Assembly (NCBI RefSeq): GCF_009914755.1
Contig: NC_060939.1
Length of the DNA stretch: 64,000 nt
Direction: 5' to 3' (one strand)
DNA from: the human T2T-CHM13v2.0 reference genome, Homo sapiens
Translations under genes and position numbers: made by a program
In this document: one piece after another, positions 31,912 through 60,870 of the stretch
Numbering within the stretch: position 1 is the first letter of the stretch
Layout of the letters: every line of letters starts with the position of its first letter
Notes under the pieces: generated by a model
What the model was told of the DNA's origin: nothing
Database searches by the model: none
The model's input: only the letters and a program-made list of their open reading frames with translations

Positions 31912-32309
31912 GTACAGAGGTATAGATGTTACCGTAGCCCATGGGCCAGTCCTGAGTTACACACTCATCCTCTTCTCCTAGGTGGAGTTAACGTAGATAG
32001 CTCTTATCCTGAAGATTTGGAAACTAAACTGCTTGAGGCTGGTATTTCGGTATTTTATATATCAGCTACAAAAGTGCTTAATAATTTGAAAAATAGAAGA
32101 TGTTTGGAACATAAGGTATAAGAAAGTAGGTTGAAAACTATCTTTTGGTGGCAACATCTTCCAGTTGAAGTGATCCTTTTTCTACTCTGGTTCCCTTACA
32201 CCACATATCCAACTGTCAGGATACTCTGTTGGCTTTACCTACTACTTTTTCCTGTGTTCACCTCTCATCCTAATCCAAGCCACCATCCTTCATCTAGATT
32301 TCTGCAGTA

Positions 32310-33640
<1,331 letters not shown>

Positions 33641-33953
33641 GTAGATAGGACATTGATAGATACATAAGTACCAGGACAAAAGCAGGGAGATCTTTTTTCC
33701 AAAATCAGGAGAAAAAAATGACATCTGGAAAACCTATAGGGAAAGGCATAACAGATGGTAAGGATACTTTATCTTGAGTAGGAGAGCCTTCCTGTGGCAA
33801 CGTGGAGAAGGGAAGAGGTCGTAGAATTGAGGAGTCAGCTCAGTTAGAAGCAGGGAGTTGGGAATTCCGTTCATGTGATTTAGCATCAGTGATATGGCAA
33901 ATGTGGGACTAAGGGTAGTGATCAGAGGGTTAAAATTGTGTGTTTTGTTTTAG

Positions 33954-34118
<165 letters not shown>

Positions 34119-34159
34119 TGAAACAATAACCCTTCCATAAGTTTGAAGAATTAAAGGCA

Positions 34160-34472
<313 letters not shown>

Positions 34473-34619
34473 TTAGGGACAGTTTTTGGCTAACAGGTAT
34501 ATAGGGGAGTGGGGTAATGGTGGTGGCATGGAGGGGAGTGTAGTGCTTACCATGGTTTTCTGTTTGCCTTTAATGGTCCTATTTGCTGTCTTACTATGGG
34601 TCTGTCTATATGAATTTAA

Positions 34620-34868
<249 letters not shown>

Positions 34869-34944
34869 TGAATTTTGGGTAGTTGTAGTATACAGTGAAT
34901 AGCTGACCTACTTGATGGTAGGAAATTGGAGTTGGTATTTGAGT

Positions 34945-35888
<944 letters not shown>

Positions 35889-36012
35889 TGGAAGTTCTTT
35901 TTTAAGGATAGGCAAAATAGAGCTTGTGGTTAAAGTATTAAGTAATTGATTCAGGAAGTTATTTTAACACTCATTTGCCACTCACCTATTTATTCTTTCT
36001 TTCTTCTTTCAG

Positions 36013-36048
36013 AGAATGGAGTTCAGTGGTGGAGGACTGCTTTTGTGA
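36013..36048 (+). CDS. EMC4: EMC4 exon 5, coding part
   Basis: Strong polypyrimidine acceptor; RMEFSGGGLLL*; exon sum 86+115+154+161+36=552 nt = 183 aa plus stop. Confidence 0.95.
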   Translation, partial: RMEFSGGGLLL

Positions 36049-36274
36049 ACATGAGAAAGCAGCGCCTGGTCCCTATGTATTTGGGTCTTATTTACATCCT
36101 TCTTTAAGCCCAGTGGCTCCTCAGCATACTCTTAAACTAATCACTTATGTTAAAAAGAACCAAAAGACTCTTTTCTCCATGGTGGGGTGACAGGTCCTAG
36201 AAGGACAATGTGCATATTACGACAAACACAAAGAAACTATACCATAACCCAAGGCTGAAAATAATGTAGAAAAC

Positions 36275-36280
36275 TTTATT
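36275..36280 (-). terminator. SLC12A6: Distal polyadenylation signal of SLC12A6
   Basis: Minus-strand AATAAA followed ~25-50 nt later by a GU/U-rich element (ggttatggtatagtttctttgtgtttgt). Confidence 0.75.
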
Positions 36281-36380
36281 TTTGTTTCCAGTACAGAGCA
36301 AAACAACAACAAAAAAACATAACTATGTAAACAAGAGAATAACTGCTGCTAAATCAAGAACTGTTGCAGCATCTCCTTTC

Positions 36381-36386
36381 AATAAA
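36381..36386 (+). terminator. EMC4: Polyadenylation signal of EMC4
   Basis: AATAAA (overlapping ATTAAA) ~330 nt after the stop, with U-rich downstream sequence. Confidence 0.75.
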
Positions 36387-37330
36387 TTAAATGGTTGAGA
36401 ACAATGCATAAAAAAAGTTGCACAAGTTCCTTATTTTCCTTAATATTTCACTTCTATTTAATACAAGCTGGGACATAAAAATTCTGTTGGGGATACCTGG
36501 GGGAAGATGTGAGAAACTAATGCTGAATTCAGCTTATACATGATGAAAAGAAAAACCAGACAAAAGGAGCACATAAATATGCATACAGTGTAACTGTTAT
36601 TATTTTAATACCCACGATAAGGGATTTTTGTTAGCATGTTTAGGGGGAACGAGGATTGGTGGGATCCTTGGGCCACAGGAATCTGAGGCAACGGAAGATA
36701 TATAGAGTGATCGTCCCCCTGCCGAAGGAACCTGGCATCTGTCAAGCAGATGCTGCAGTTCAAACTTCAGCTTTTAAGATAGATAGCTATTGAAGGCAGA
36801 GGGTCAGCAGGAGGATGTGTATTTCTAATCTACCCTGGTAAAGTCATAGGTAAGACTCAAAAGCGGGATCTTATTCAAAAGGCAGGTATTTCCTTTGTTT
36901 TCTGTCTTGAAATAGCCCCTTCCCCTAAGGTGCATTCTCTCAAGTTTTCAGTATTGCTTTATTTGCAGTGATTAAAAGAGATGAGAGACTTTGGAGACAG
37001 ACAACGTAAGCAACACATACACACATGAAATACTCTAGACAGAGATGAATATAAATCTGGCCTAATAACCAGTTTTCCATGTAACAGTGATTTTGTGTTT
37101 CGGGCTGAAGCAGTGGTTATATTAAAAGCCACTAATTCCCTTATCCCTTTAAAAGATTTTTACAATTCTCCAACCACAAACAGCACTTCTAAAACTAACT
37201 TTACTTTCTGCCCATAATTTGTTCTACATGGAAAAAAAAAATATTACTTTGGCCAGGGGTGTGTGTAAATGTGGCAGAATTCCTAGGCAGGCTGACCTTT
37301 ACAGTATGGGCCTTTAAGATACTGGATCCT

Positions 37331-38787
<1,457 letters not shown>

Positions 38788-40140
38788 TGAAGTTTCTGAA
38801 AACAAATTAGAAGACTGTTGGCTTGGCTAATCTCGTAGTTCAGGGCCAAGTTTCTGTAGTCAGAATGAAGAATAAAATTGAAAGAAAAAGGGGGAAATGC
38901 TTATACTTGGCATTAAGTTGAATGCCTCAAGTCTTAACTATGGCTTTGTAGATGAGGCAAAAGATTTCTTAGTGGTAAAATTTCTTCAACAGGTCAATGC
39001 CAATCTGTATGCCATTTTAGTAAAGTAGGTAAGGAGAGTAGCCGCTCAGTAACTTTGGCACTAAAGAAAGAGTGTGGCTCTAGAACTTCCAATCCCATTG
39101 CTAGATGTGCCCTTTAAAAGATGGTCCAGTGCTTTCAGGGAAGGATGTTTAGCCAGTTTTCCTAGTATTTGTTCCTTAAGATTTTTTGACCTGTGCTTAA
39201 TAAGAGGGCATAAAAAAAGGCGCGGGGGTGGGGGCGGGGGGAGAAGAACCTGTTGATTAATGTGCACCATGACCTGCATTTCTTAGACAACAGCTTGTAT
39301 GTTTTGTCCATGTTGTATAGAGAACCACAGACTATTTCAGTAAATGTTAATAGCTTCCTTTTGGAGTTCTCTTAGTTCGGCCATTTGAAAGGAACCTGAA
39401 AGAAATAATTTTTACCTTACCAAAAACAATTTCCATGGTAACACTGCCTGTGTTACAATGACAGAATGGGTTTTGAGTTAAGAGAAACAAAACAGTTGAA
39501 GTATACACTGACACAGTATTTGGATATTTAAATCTGGTATTTTGGGGGGATGTTTTTGAAGAAGTAGAGGCTGCAGCCATGTTTCAAGTTAGTATCCTAA
39601 TATAAAATTACAGCAGTGGGTATACTAAAGAAATATAGCTAAAAAATGTTTGCATCTTGGCTTGCCGAGGATAATAGGTCCAAATATACTTGACCATAAA
39701 TTCTTTAGTAAGATGAAGCTGTCTCTAGTTGTTATCCTCACAGTGTCAACATTGAACCATGACTTCTGAGATTCATCTTTAATGCTGAATACGTACTTGA
39801 CTTGCTTTTTTTCTTCAGTTGAATTTCTAGCATCCCTTTTACCAATTCATTTATTGGCTCAGCTTGTTAATTCTAATTTGCCTTTGACTGCTCAGACGTG
39901 GCTTGAAAGACTTGAGCATTGTTCTGATGTTGAGGGAATATTTGCTTTTTCTGTAATGACTGCAGATCAGATGGGAGCTCTTTTACACAGGTACTTGAGG
40001 CTCAGCTCATCAAGAGTTCAGTATGATGTGTACAGAACACAGGCTTCTAGTTGAGTGGGAGTGGTAGTAATGAGCTGGCACTTCCATGGAGGACGTAGGC
40101 CTTTTAAGAAAACAGGTCAAGCACGGTCATTCAGAGTAGG

Positions 40141-41660
<1,520 letters not shown>

Positions 41661-41690
41661 TCACTTGACTATGGATAATCTGATAAAATG

Positions 41691-42902
<1,212 letters not shown>

Positions 42903-42932
42903 CAGTATCATCCCTTTCAGTGACAGACTTTA

Positions 42933-43088
<156 letters not shown>

Positions 43089-43566
43089 TCACATAAAAGG
43101 GGCAAAAAGCACAAAGGAGAAAGAAGGATGAACCATACATTTTTATTTCCAGTCACTAAATTAAACCAGGGACAGCATCACTATATTAACCTAAGCTTCA
43201 CCCTTACTTTGTTTAGTCATTGAGCTACATAAATGTTTTTGTGACTGTAGATAAAATTCAGAGGCCCTGAGAGTCTTTTCCATAATCTAACCAAGACATG
43301 TGTTGCCTTGAAACACAAAATACAAACTCCAGTCTCTCTTTTTTATACTGTTAGGTTTTTTTTAAAAGCCATGTGTGATTTTAAGCTGAATATATGAATA
43401 AAAATTTCATAAAACTATATTAAGCAGATGAGAATCTGGCAGAAATATAAGGGCTGTGTAATAAACAAGAAAGCAAAACCAAAAAATAACATCAAACATG
43501 CATCACATATACATTCTACTTAGGGCAACAAATTAGGGTTTTTTTTTGTTTTTTTTTTTGGCACTA

Positions 43567-43893
<327 letters not shown>

Positions 43894-44394
43894 CTAGAAG
43901 AACCTTGCTATATGTAGTATAAGGCTATTTGTTCCTAGCTTCCTACTTGCTATGTTATTGTATTAGGGCAAAAGATTGACTAAACACCACATTTAATACA
44001 GTTTTAAGGAGTCCTTAATTTCATAACAAGAAAACACTGGCAAAAGAAAAGATGGTTCACGATACGTTAAGAGGGTACTTTATTCAGACAGTGTATCAAT
44101 GACAACATGCAGACTATATATTTACTATTTTAAATCTCATTTAATTAGTCTTACCACGGAATGAGCGCATATATGCGTGCAATACACACATATACATATA
44201 CCTTAAGTTTTCAGTATTTTTTAAAAAAAGATGTGTTCACTTGTTGTTTTCCCCTAGGGCTCATATGGAACTTTATTAATTGGCTGAATTTCACTTGGAG
44301 ATAAGTAGGTATCAAATACAAAGACAATGATTTCTCTTGTTTGAAAGTGGGATCATGGGAAAGCCTAGAATAACTTCCAACTCTTCTGATTCTA

Positions 44395-44697
<303 letters not shown>

Positions 44698-45149
44698 TTA
44701 GGCTTGCCTTGCTTCCTAGCATGTCAGGAAAGCAAGGAAATGCTCTTTTCACACTTCTTTGAGCAAGGGGTCCTATTTACTTAGTAGGTTATTTCTCATT
44801 ACGTATCAAAAACCATTGTGAAAAATCTGAATAGCTAACAGACTGAGAACCACAGTTTATGTTACTAGGTATATTCCCATTACTACATTTCTAAGGGGGG
44901 ATATGTGAATTTGAGAGATTATGATGCTGAAGAACAATTCTTGCAATTCCTGTGAGAACATCAATATGGAAAATCACAAATGAAAACACGGCAATTTTGG
45001 AGATAATTCCTAGCACAAGACTTGACAGAAATAATTCATGAACATAATGTGAAGCTGAAGGGGGTAGGTAGAATCTGGGTATTACTACCAATAGTTTTTC
45101 AGGTTGCCTTATAAGACTATGCTTCAGCAATGGCATAGTCTCTACTTTA

Positions 45150-45536
<387 letters not shown>

Positions 45537-46236
45537 TCATCTACAGAAAAGTCCAAAAAGTTAAAATTATCCCAAAGGAATTTCATGATCTTTTGTCTTT
45601 TTGCTTACTACGTATTTTTGCCTCTGTAGCTGGTTGTCTACATGTAGTTTCTCTGCTTTTTCCTCTGTTCTGCTTTTGTTCCTTTGCACCATACCAAAAA
45701 ACTGGGAACAGGGATCTCTACAAAGTGAATATTCAACATTCTTTCTCAGTTGACCAGGGTGATTCACTATTGTGAACACGATCTCCTTCCTGCCTCAGCC
45801 CCAGTCATGCCCTGACTCATCTTACCAGAAACTCAGTATGATGATTCAGTTTCACTTTAGAATTTTCTCAGGTATGTTTTCTTTTTCGCCTCTCCCATTC
45901 CCATATGCTTTTTGACATTTTAATGGTGATTATTCATGACACTTGTATTTGCATTACTCTTCCTTTATTTAGTCAAACCAATTTGGAGATATCATCTCAT
46001 TTACTCTTACTCCACCCTCTTGGTGGGAAAAGGAAGGGAATAATGGTATGGAAAATGGAATGATTTTTGCAAAGGCACAGATTAAATCAGTGATGCGGCT
46101 AAGAACTAGGCTCTCCTGATTTTCAATCCTGTGTACCTTTTATTAATTTTTACCATCATTCTGGAGTAATGTTTCTTCAGCATTTCTAGTGTTTAGGATT
46201 TCAAAGGATTCCAAAATGAAATCCAGTAAAACTTTT

Positions 46237-46386
46237 TTTTTTAAATACTTTAAGTTTTAGGGTACATGTGCACAACGTGCAGGTTTGTTACATATGTATA
46301 CATGTGCCATGTTGGTGTGCTGCACCCATTAACTCGTCATTTACATTAGGTATATCTCCTAATGCTATCCTTCCCCCCTCCCCCCA
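46237..46386 (-). mobile_element. 5'-truncated young L1PA 3' end
   Basis: tactttaagttttagggtacatgtgcacaacgtgcagg L1PA terminus; TSD cagtaaaactttt at 46224-46236 and 46387-46399. Confidence 0.9.
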
Positions 46387-46939
46387 CAGTAAAACTTTTG
46401 AAATGCCATTGAACACAATGGCATTTCAAAAACAATAGGATTAGTTCTATCATATATAATAAGTATTAGAGTGAAAACAACTTCCTTGTTAAAGTAGAAC
46501 TTTAATGTTCAATACAGCTAACCAGAAGTGGCAAAGGAATCTTGCTCATGATACCACGTAGATTAGTAAAGAGGAAGAAAATTTGGTCATTACTCCTTGT
46601 TGTCACAAGATTGAGAGGAACCCTCTCCATAGTTCAAGGGATCAATTTATTTACATGACTTTTCTCAGTGCTTAGATTAATGTTTGGAGTATATTTGAAC
46701 ATAAGGTTTAGACTTAATAATCTTATAATTTAGTAATGCTTTAAACAGGAAGAAATAATAAATAACTATTTTTGGCTCATCTTATTATTTGGGAAAAAGT
46801 GTCCTTTCAAAGGTCAGCACTAAGTGAGAAACCTCCTAGATCACTCAGGAACAAGATTCAAGTAGAAGTTTGAGGTCTTACTACTTAACATCACAAAGCT
46901 GTAAACTGAGTTCCAATACCTCAAAAGCCTGACTCTTAC

Positions 46940-47108
46940 CTGCTCAGCAGCTAAAGCTTCACCGTAGTTCTCTAGGAAGTTCCCCACGATGACAGAGCCC
47001 ACAATAGTGAGACCTTTTCCTGCTTTGAGCTGTGAGGCAAAGGTGAGGAGGCGAGGATGCTTGACATGTAAGTCTTCATCTAGTTTCAGTAATACAAGCA
47101 ACTGAGGC
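46940..47108 (-). CDS. SLC12A6: KCC3 exon 18
   Basis: [56 protein letters not shown]; 169 nt. Confidence 0.97.
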
Positions 47109-47511
47109 CTGTGAAGAGGTTGGTGGGGGTTGGAGGGGAGGAGAAAACATTTTGGGTTTGGGGAACAGAATGACAGACTCCACCCTTTAATTCAGGAGAT
47201 CTGTATGAAACAGGTAATTTGACAGAAGGAAGAGATCACAGGAGATGACAGGATAAGGGCATTATTTTGAATGCTCCCAGTACTATCTCAAGTTGATCAG
47301 TCTTCAAGGAAGAATAATAAATTGTAGAAATCTTGATCATAAACGACATGAAGAAAAGGGAATAAAAAAATTAAGGATTTAGAATAGTTCAAAACAGGTC
47401 CATTATACCAATTCCTTGAGCCACATATGGTTTCCTTATCCTAAAATCAACAAAACACATATTTTTGTGTGTTAACCATGTGCCAAATACTGCTAGTGTT
47501 GATTTCTTTAC

Positions 47512-47616
47512 CTCCAGTTTTTAGTGTGTGGAGGTCCTTCCTCCAATCGAAGCAAAGCAAACCGGGCTGCACTGAGGGACAGCCCACGGATACCATCACC
47601 CCATTCTTTCTCAGCT
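47512..47616 (-). CDS. SLC12A6: KCC3 exon 17
   Basis: [34 protein letters not shown]; 105 nt. Confidence 0.97.
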
Positions 47617-48379
47617 CTGTGAGAAAAAGAAAAGAGCAGAGACAAATTTAAACTATAGTAAGTATAATTTTAAAAAATAAAGTTTTTTTCTGAATCTAAA
47701 AATCACACATGTGCAAGGTAGAAGATTAAAGCTCAGATTAATGATTTACATAATGTTCTTTACTAACATAATGAACCTGATGTAGGTAGATCAACAGCAC
47801 CAACAGACTGCACTGCACAAACAGTTCCCAATAAAGCCTGAAGGGGTCACTCATTCAGTCCTTCTATGTAATTGTTCAAAACAATAATGTAAAAGAGCAA
47901 TTTAGATTAGAAAATTATAACAGACCTGGAGTTTAAGTTACTTTGAAAATAATGCAGAGAAAGTAAAGTTCAATGTGATCTTCTGAATAAGAATGTTATT
48001 TCGTCCTCATTTTTGAAAGCTGTAAGTCTTAGTAGTTACTAAGTTGTTCAGAACTAATTTCTTTTTCATTTCAGAGACAACCCCTTGACTGAAGAGATAA
48101 GCAAAAATATTTACATTTGTGTTGTACTTTGTTTAGTACTAATTATTATTATTTGGAAATGTCCTTTGTTATTTTCCATTGATCCATTCATACTTTCTCA
48201 ATGGATCTCCCTTGTGATGAAAAGCTTGCATCATTAAGATGGTTAAAGAATTAGGGGTACAAAATATAGTTATGAAAATGAAGTTACCTGAGTCCTTAAG
48301 ATATTTTCACTGAGCTGGCTCTAACCAAACTAGCTAGTCTTGCTACTTTTAGCAGTGATCAAGATTAAATCCACACTCA

Positions 48380-48508
<129 letters not shown>

Positions 48509-49027
48509 TTAAAAACAAAAAAGTATCTTTTAAAGTAGCTGAAAAAGAAGCCTATGTTAAAGGTGCTTCTCAAACTATCTGTGGTGAGGTATTATTTTTT
48601 AAAAACTTTGAAACTATTATAAATAGAACTTTTGTAAAATGCAATAAAAATGAATTATTCGAAAAATTATCACATGCCTGGATGCTGTAGCAATGTCAAA
48701 CTGCCACAAAAGTTTCTAAATGATTATTCTCAATTCTATAGTTGTCTTATCATGAAACAGTCGGTAGATGTGCACTAAACCCCAAACTGTCCTTTGCAAC
48801 AGAAGATGTTTCCAACTGCTGGAAAACCATATAAATAACGGAACACTATCAGTCATCTGCAGTTATGAGGACAATTAATACTTACTTGGCAAAGCCAGGA
48901 TGGGACACGCAGCCAGAAATGTTAATAACTCTAGGATCTTTTTAAAAAATTTCATATAAATATTTCTAAAAATTTTATAAATACTTATTAGCATAACTGC
49001 AGAACTCACTGAGAAAAATTATTTTTG

Positions 49028-49513
<486 letters not shown>

Positions 49514-50251
49514 TGAGGCATTAAAAATCAGTTGAAGATTTTAATTTTTGCCCAGTAAACGTTACATCACTGCCCACCATTGGTAAGTGAAGACAGAAAG
49601 GGAACAAGGAGAAAGTTAGCAAAGAAGAATGTAGCAACGGGTACATACAGGACATAATTAATGAGCTCTGAGCTATAAGAGGAAAGAGATGGGATGGTAG
49701 CCAAAAATCTTTCATGATGACCCCTTCAGGACTGGGGAGACTTAACTACAACAGCAGCAGCAGCAACAGTTCATTGAGAGCTGAGCTTTACTATGTATCA
49801 GGCACTACGATAAGCACTTTAGATTTATTAGTCCCATTTTACAAATGAATAAAATTAAATTTTACATGGTTATGTGCTTTGCTGAAGGTTACAAAGCTAG
49901 GAAATAGTAGAGCTGAGATTGGAATTTAGAACCTCTGACTCTGTAACCCTAAGAGACAAACAGGAAAATAAACATGCAAGAGAAGGTTGTTTTAACCTGA
50001 AAATTATAGAAGGCTGGATATCTCTATTTAGTGCTTTTGCTCTATTCGTATTGGGTGTTATAAGTTATTATAAAGTGATATAGGAAAATAGGATAGGAGG
50101 ATGAGGATTCAGATAAGAATTGAAAGTTGAAACAGTATGAAATGGCTGACCAAGAAAAAAATTTTATCGAGAACCCAGACTCTCCTAGTTTTCTAGTTCA
50201 AAGATGGGTTCTCTCCAAACGTGAGTAAAAAGAATAAAAGAAGCAGACTTA

Positions 50252-50464
<213 letters not shown>

Positions 50465-50499
50465 TTAAGTAGGAAGTAGGGAAACTTAAACCTCTCCCC

Positions 50500-51290
50500 A
50501 CAAAACTGTTCATCCTTCTCTGTTCTCTCAGTCAATGACACAACCACTCTTTACCCAGTTGTTCTTAGGATAATCCAGGTTTCCTCTTCCTTACCCTTGT
50601 TCCAAATTCACTTACCAAGTCCTATGGATTCTATTTAAAAATCTCTTAAGCTGCTTCTCTTCCTTTTCATCTCTACTACTAATCACCTTAGTTCAGGCTC
50701 TCATTTCTTCTTTCCAATTAGCATTCCCAGCTCAATTCTAGCCTCCTTCTAATCCATCTTTTATACAAGATTGATCATCCTAAAGCATTATCATTTTGTG
50801 CTCAAGGATTACCCACTACTTCCAGGTAAAAGTTCCAGGACCTTTGTGATCTGGGTCTACCTACTTCTCTATTCTGTTATTCCCTCAACATGTACCCTCC
50901 ACTCTAGCCAAGCCAAACTACTTCCAGTTCTCTGGATGTGCTACCTTATGCCATCCCTCAATTCCTTTATATGCATTCTCTGCCTGGAATGTTCTTCACC
51001 CCTTATTTTCTTAGCAAATAACCAGTTATTCTTCAAGATACAAGTATCACTTCCTCCGGAAAATCTTTCTTGAGTTTCCATCTGTTTAGATGCCTTGCTC
51101 TGGTGTTCCTAGGGCACTCAGTGTTCACCTTTATCATGGCACTCATCACGCTATATGGGAATCATTGGTTTCCTTATCCATTATCAGTTCCATAAGATTG
51201 TGTCTTATCCATCTTTGTATTCCCAGAATACCACATTACACAGTGCCAGGTAAGTAGTAAGCATCAATAAGTCATAGGTGAATAAATAAA
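50500..51290. mobile_element. L2 fragment
   Basis: Pyrimidine-rich L2-like text ending cagtgccaggtaagtagtaagcatcaataag...tgaataaataaa. Confidence 0.6.
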
Positions 51291-51563
51291 TAAAAACTAA
51301 CAGTGGTGGTAAAAGCTACAACCAATTGACAATGAATTAGAAATGAAGCCAAAGAACTTTTGAAGTTAAATAGGTAGGAAAAAACCTAATAACTTACAAA
51401 AGTTAGCCTTACTTGGAAGTTCTCAGGAATGATTTTTATTTAAGTGAAGTTACATCTGTATTTAGCCCACTCTGTTATCACTACTGTTATATGACTGATG
51501 GAAATAAACATGTATTATTTATCATTTAAGCAAGAATAACTGAAGAGAATCACTGGCTCTTAC

Positions 51564-51682
51564 ATGGAAAGAATTGGGGCCACAAGATCCAGGGAGGCAA
51601 TGAGTATTCCAAGCTCTGCAATGGCAGCAGTTAGAAGTAAAGCCCAGGTAGGTTCCCCATTGGCTTTGCTGTGGCCAAAAAC
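51564..51682 (-). CDS. SLC12A6: KCC3 exon 14
   Basis: [39 protein letters not shown]; 119 nt. Confidence 0.97.
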
Positions 51683-51881
51683 CTGTACACAGAAGGGAAA
51701 TATCAGGCACAGGAGTACTGAGTCATTGCTCTCTGATTTCTCTAGCCTACAGTTTTCAGACATCTGGAAGACAACAGTGTTACAACTGTGATACCTTTTA
51801 AATACCTTTACAGCACTCACAGGTAAACTCATGCTTGGGATTTAGAGGTTCTTGTACTAAAAACCCACGTCTCCACATTTA

Positions 51882-52172
<291 letters not shown>

Positions 52173-52219
52173 TTAATCTGGAAATAACTTTAGACTGAAA
52201 GACTAGAGATATTCACCCA

Positions 52220-56480
<4,261 letters not shown>

Positions 56481-56574
56481 TGTGTTGAGTCTGTAACTGT
56501 CTTGGAGCTATGTGGAATGATCAGAAGTCATGGCAGACACACACATAATTGTTACAAAGAAATTCATTACTCAC

Positions 56575-56632
56575 TTGTCTCTGAGAACAACCCCTTCAAT
56601 ACATGCACCAAAAAGGACAACATTGCTTAAAT
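56575..56632 (-). CDS. SLC12A6: KCC3 exon 12
   Basis: (Y)LSNVVLFGACIEGVVLRD(K); 58 nt. Confidence 0.96.
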
Positions 56633-57034
<402 letters not shown>

Positions 57035-57149
57035 TTAACTTCTTGGACACTTTGATATTGATACTGATAGCAAAGAGTAGAAGCAAATCTAGGAACCCTG
57101 AGAATTCTGCCTCCTGAGAAAAATCACTCCATGGGTCTGACAGCTTCTA

Positions 57150-57356
<207 letters not shown>

Positions 57357-57511
57357 TTAAGCAGCAGCAGTATGAAAAAAAAAAAGATAATTAATTTTCT
57401 ACCCAAACATTCAAAATCAGGCTCCTCATTTATACAGTTTCTAAAGGTGTGTTTGCTTCTACATGAGCACATGTATACACACACATTGCACAATAAAACA
57501 CACATAAATAA

Positions 57512-57823
<312 letters not shown>

Positions 57824-58364
57824 TAAACATAATGTTCTTTCTTATCTAATTTAAATATAATTTGACAAAATGATTTGGTACATGCAAATATAGTTTAACT
57901 TTACTAATGCAAATTAGTAAAAGTTAAACAGACTAAAACTAAATGCCCCACAAATCCCATTATTATTTGTCATCAGTGCTGTTTCTAACACCTTAATGTA
58001 AACTTACTTATGTGCAAAGAAATTTATAGACCAAACATTTATAATAGAAGACACTTAAGGAATGTTTCAGGAATTTAGCTAAGTTAGGAAGATACATGTG
58101 GATGTGGACATTAAAACAGGTCTATTCTGTCAGTGCAGGAAGAACATTGGCAATTTTACAAGAATACACGGAATATTTTACCGTAAGGTTAGAAAGTGAT
58201 TTGCTCAACTCTGCTCTGAAATGGAGGTGAATTTTAGCAGACATCACTCTGTAAAGGAGTACTGAAGAAGGACAGCTTTACTAATGGAAAAGCAGAAATA
58301 TGGTGAATTAAGAGCTGTGTGGTGTGCTTAAGAAGGGAATTAGCACCATGGCAGTGAATCTTTA

Positions 58365-58799
<435 letters not shown>

Positions 58800-60498
58800 T
58801 TATTTATTTATAATTTATTTTAACACTGTGAATGGTGACTTACATTTTCTGCCAATTTAATACTTACAGCAACCTCACAATGTATTAGAATTTCTATGTT
58901 GTGGATGGAGGCACTGAAGTTTAGGAAGACAGGGAGTTAATTGAAGGTTAGGGAAATACAGTTATCTGTCCAAGGTCATAGGTGGTGGCAGTGAAGGAAG
59001 TCAAATTGAAGAACTGTCTGAAGACATTATGCTGACTCATCTTCCAAAATTTTTGGCTAAAATTGTTAGGTCTAAAAGAATACTGAAGTCCTTTTGTTGT
59101 TCTTATAAAGTAAAAAGCACTCCTCTTTTTTTGGCCTAGAAAAGCCTAACATTCATAACAAACACCTTGAAAATGTTATGCTAAAGGTTGAATCTTCTGG
59201 CTACTGTTGCAAGGAAAACAGCTTGGTCAGAATTAAAAGGCAGATCCCTCTATGGCCTAAGAGAAAACTGTTTTTGAATTTAAGCCTAGACTCAGTGGGA
59301 GTGACGGTAAGGATAACATAAATATTAACCTGCTGGTTTTACTTTTTTCTTTAACCCAGAGACACAAATATAAACAAAGGAATAATACATCCATAGTTAA
59401 AATACCTCTCAGGTCCAACAAAGGGACTTCTAAAATTTGCAAAATGATTGAATACATTATTATGAACCATGTACCTATTACTCAGCTTCAACAACTCTCA
59501 ACATTTCCCAGTCTTGTTTCATGTATTATTCTAGATTTTTTGTCTTGTTTTGCTGGAATATCTCAAAGAAAATACCATGCATTATGACCGTGTACTAATC
59601 AAAAAAGAGGAGAAGCCCCAAAGGTGAACCTGAGACAAAATGGAATTTCCCAAATTGAGATATAACCAGAATGTCACCTTTAGAAATTTTATGCCCCTAA
59701 AAAGGACCTTCAGCTGTATTACAGTCCCTAGATAAGCAGATTAAAAGTTTAAGATGGAATCTACTTCTGCCATCATGCAGCATAGCATAGAAGAAATACT
59801 GAATGGGGAGTCAGGAAATCACAGTTCATCTTCTTGCTCTGCCATTAATTAACTTTGAGGTAAGTCATTAAACCTACTGGAACTGTCTTTTTGTCTTGAA
59901 AAATCTTTTTTTCTGTAATCTGGTTAAATCAACATAGAACCGATGAGTTTGATCCTCAGATAATCCAGATGACTCTTCAAGATAATTCTGTAACAAGACT
60001 ACAAATAACACTGAGTGCCAGCTAGTCCCTATGCCACTAGTCAAAGGGAAAAGTGAGCCTGTGAGTCACAGATGTGCACAAATCCATTACTACTTCAAAA
60101 AACATACTTTAAAGTATTCGCACTAGGGAGTTGAAGGAGGTGGTGAATGATGAGAGAGTACTTAATGGGTACAAAGTACATTATTTGGGTAATGGATAAA
60201 AGCCCTGACCTAGGCTGGGCGCAGTGGCTCACGCCTGTAATCCCAGCACGTCGGGAGGCCAAGGTGGGCCTTATAAAGGTTGCTGGCAATAACTACACTG
60301 TCTGCAAAGCCCTTTATGAATAGTTCAAAATGTGTATAATAAAAAAAGATTATGTACAATTATCAGGGAGAAAAAAATCTAATATCTGAACCTAAATGAT
60401 GGTTACAGCTACTAGTTCTATGCTTAGGACATAAGAAAGAGGATGAACGGGACATAGTTTGCTGGTAGGCTTCCTGCCTAGATGAGGAAGGAAGTCTA

Positions 60499-60870
<372 letters not shown>

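Noticed and set aside
33760-33767. Minus-strand GTATCCTT, a U12-donor-like motif
   Set aside because: Antisense within EMC4 intron 2 with no associated exon or branch site
39219-39241. G-rich run ggcgcgggggtgggggcgggggg in the SLC12A6 3'UTR region
   Set aside because: Only three long G-tracts, and the mRNA carries the C-rich strand, so not an RNA G-quadruplex
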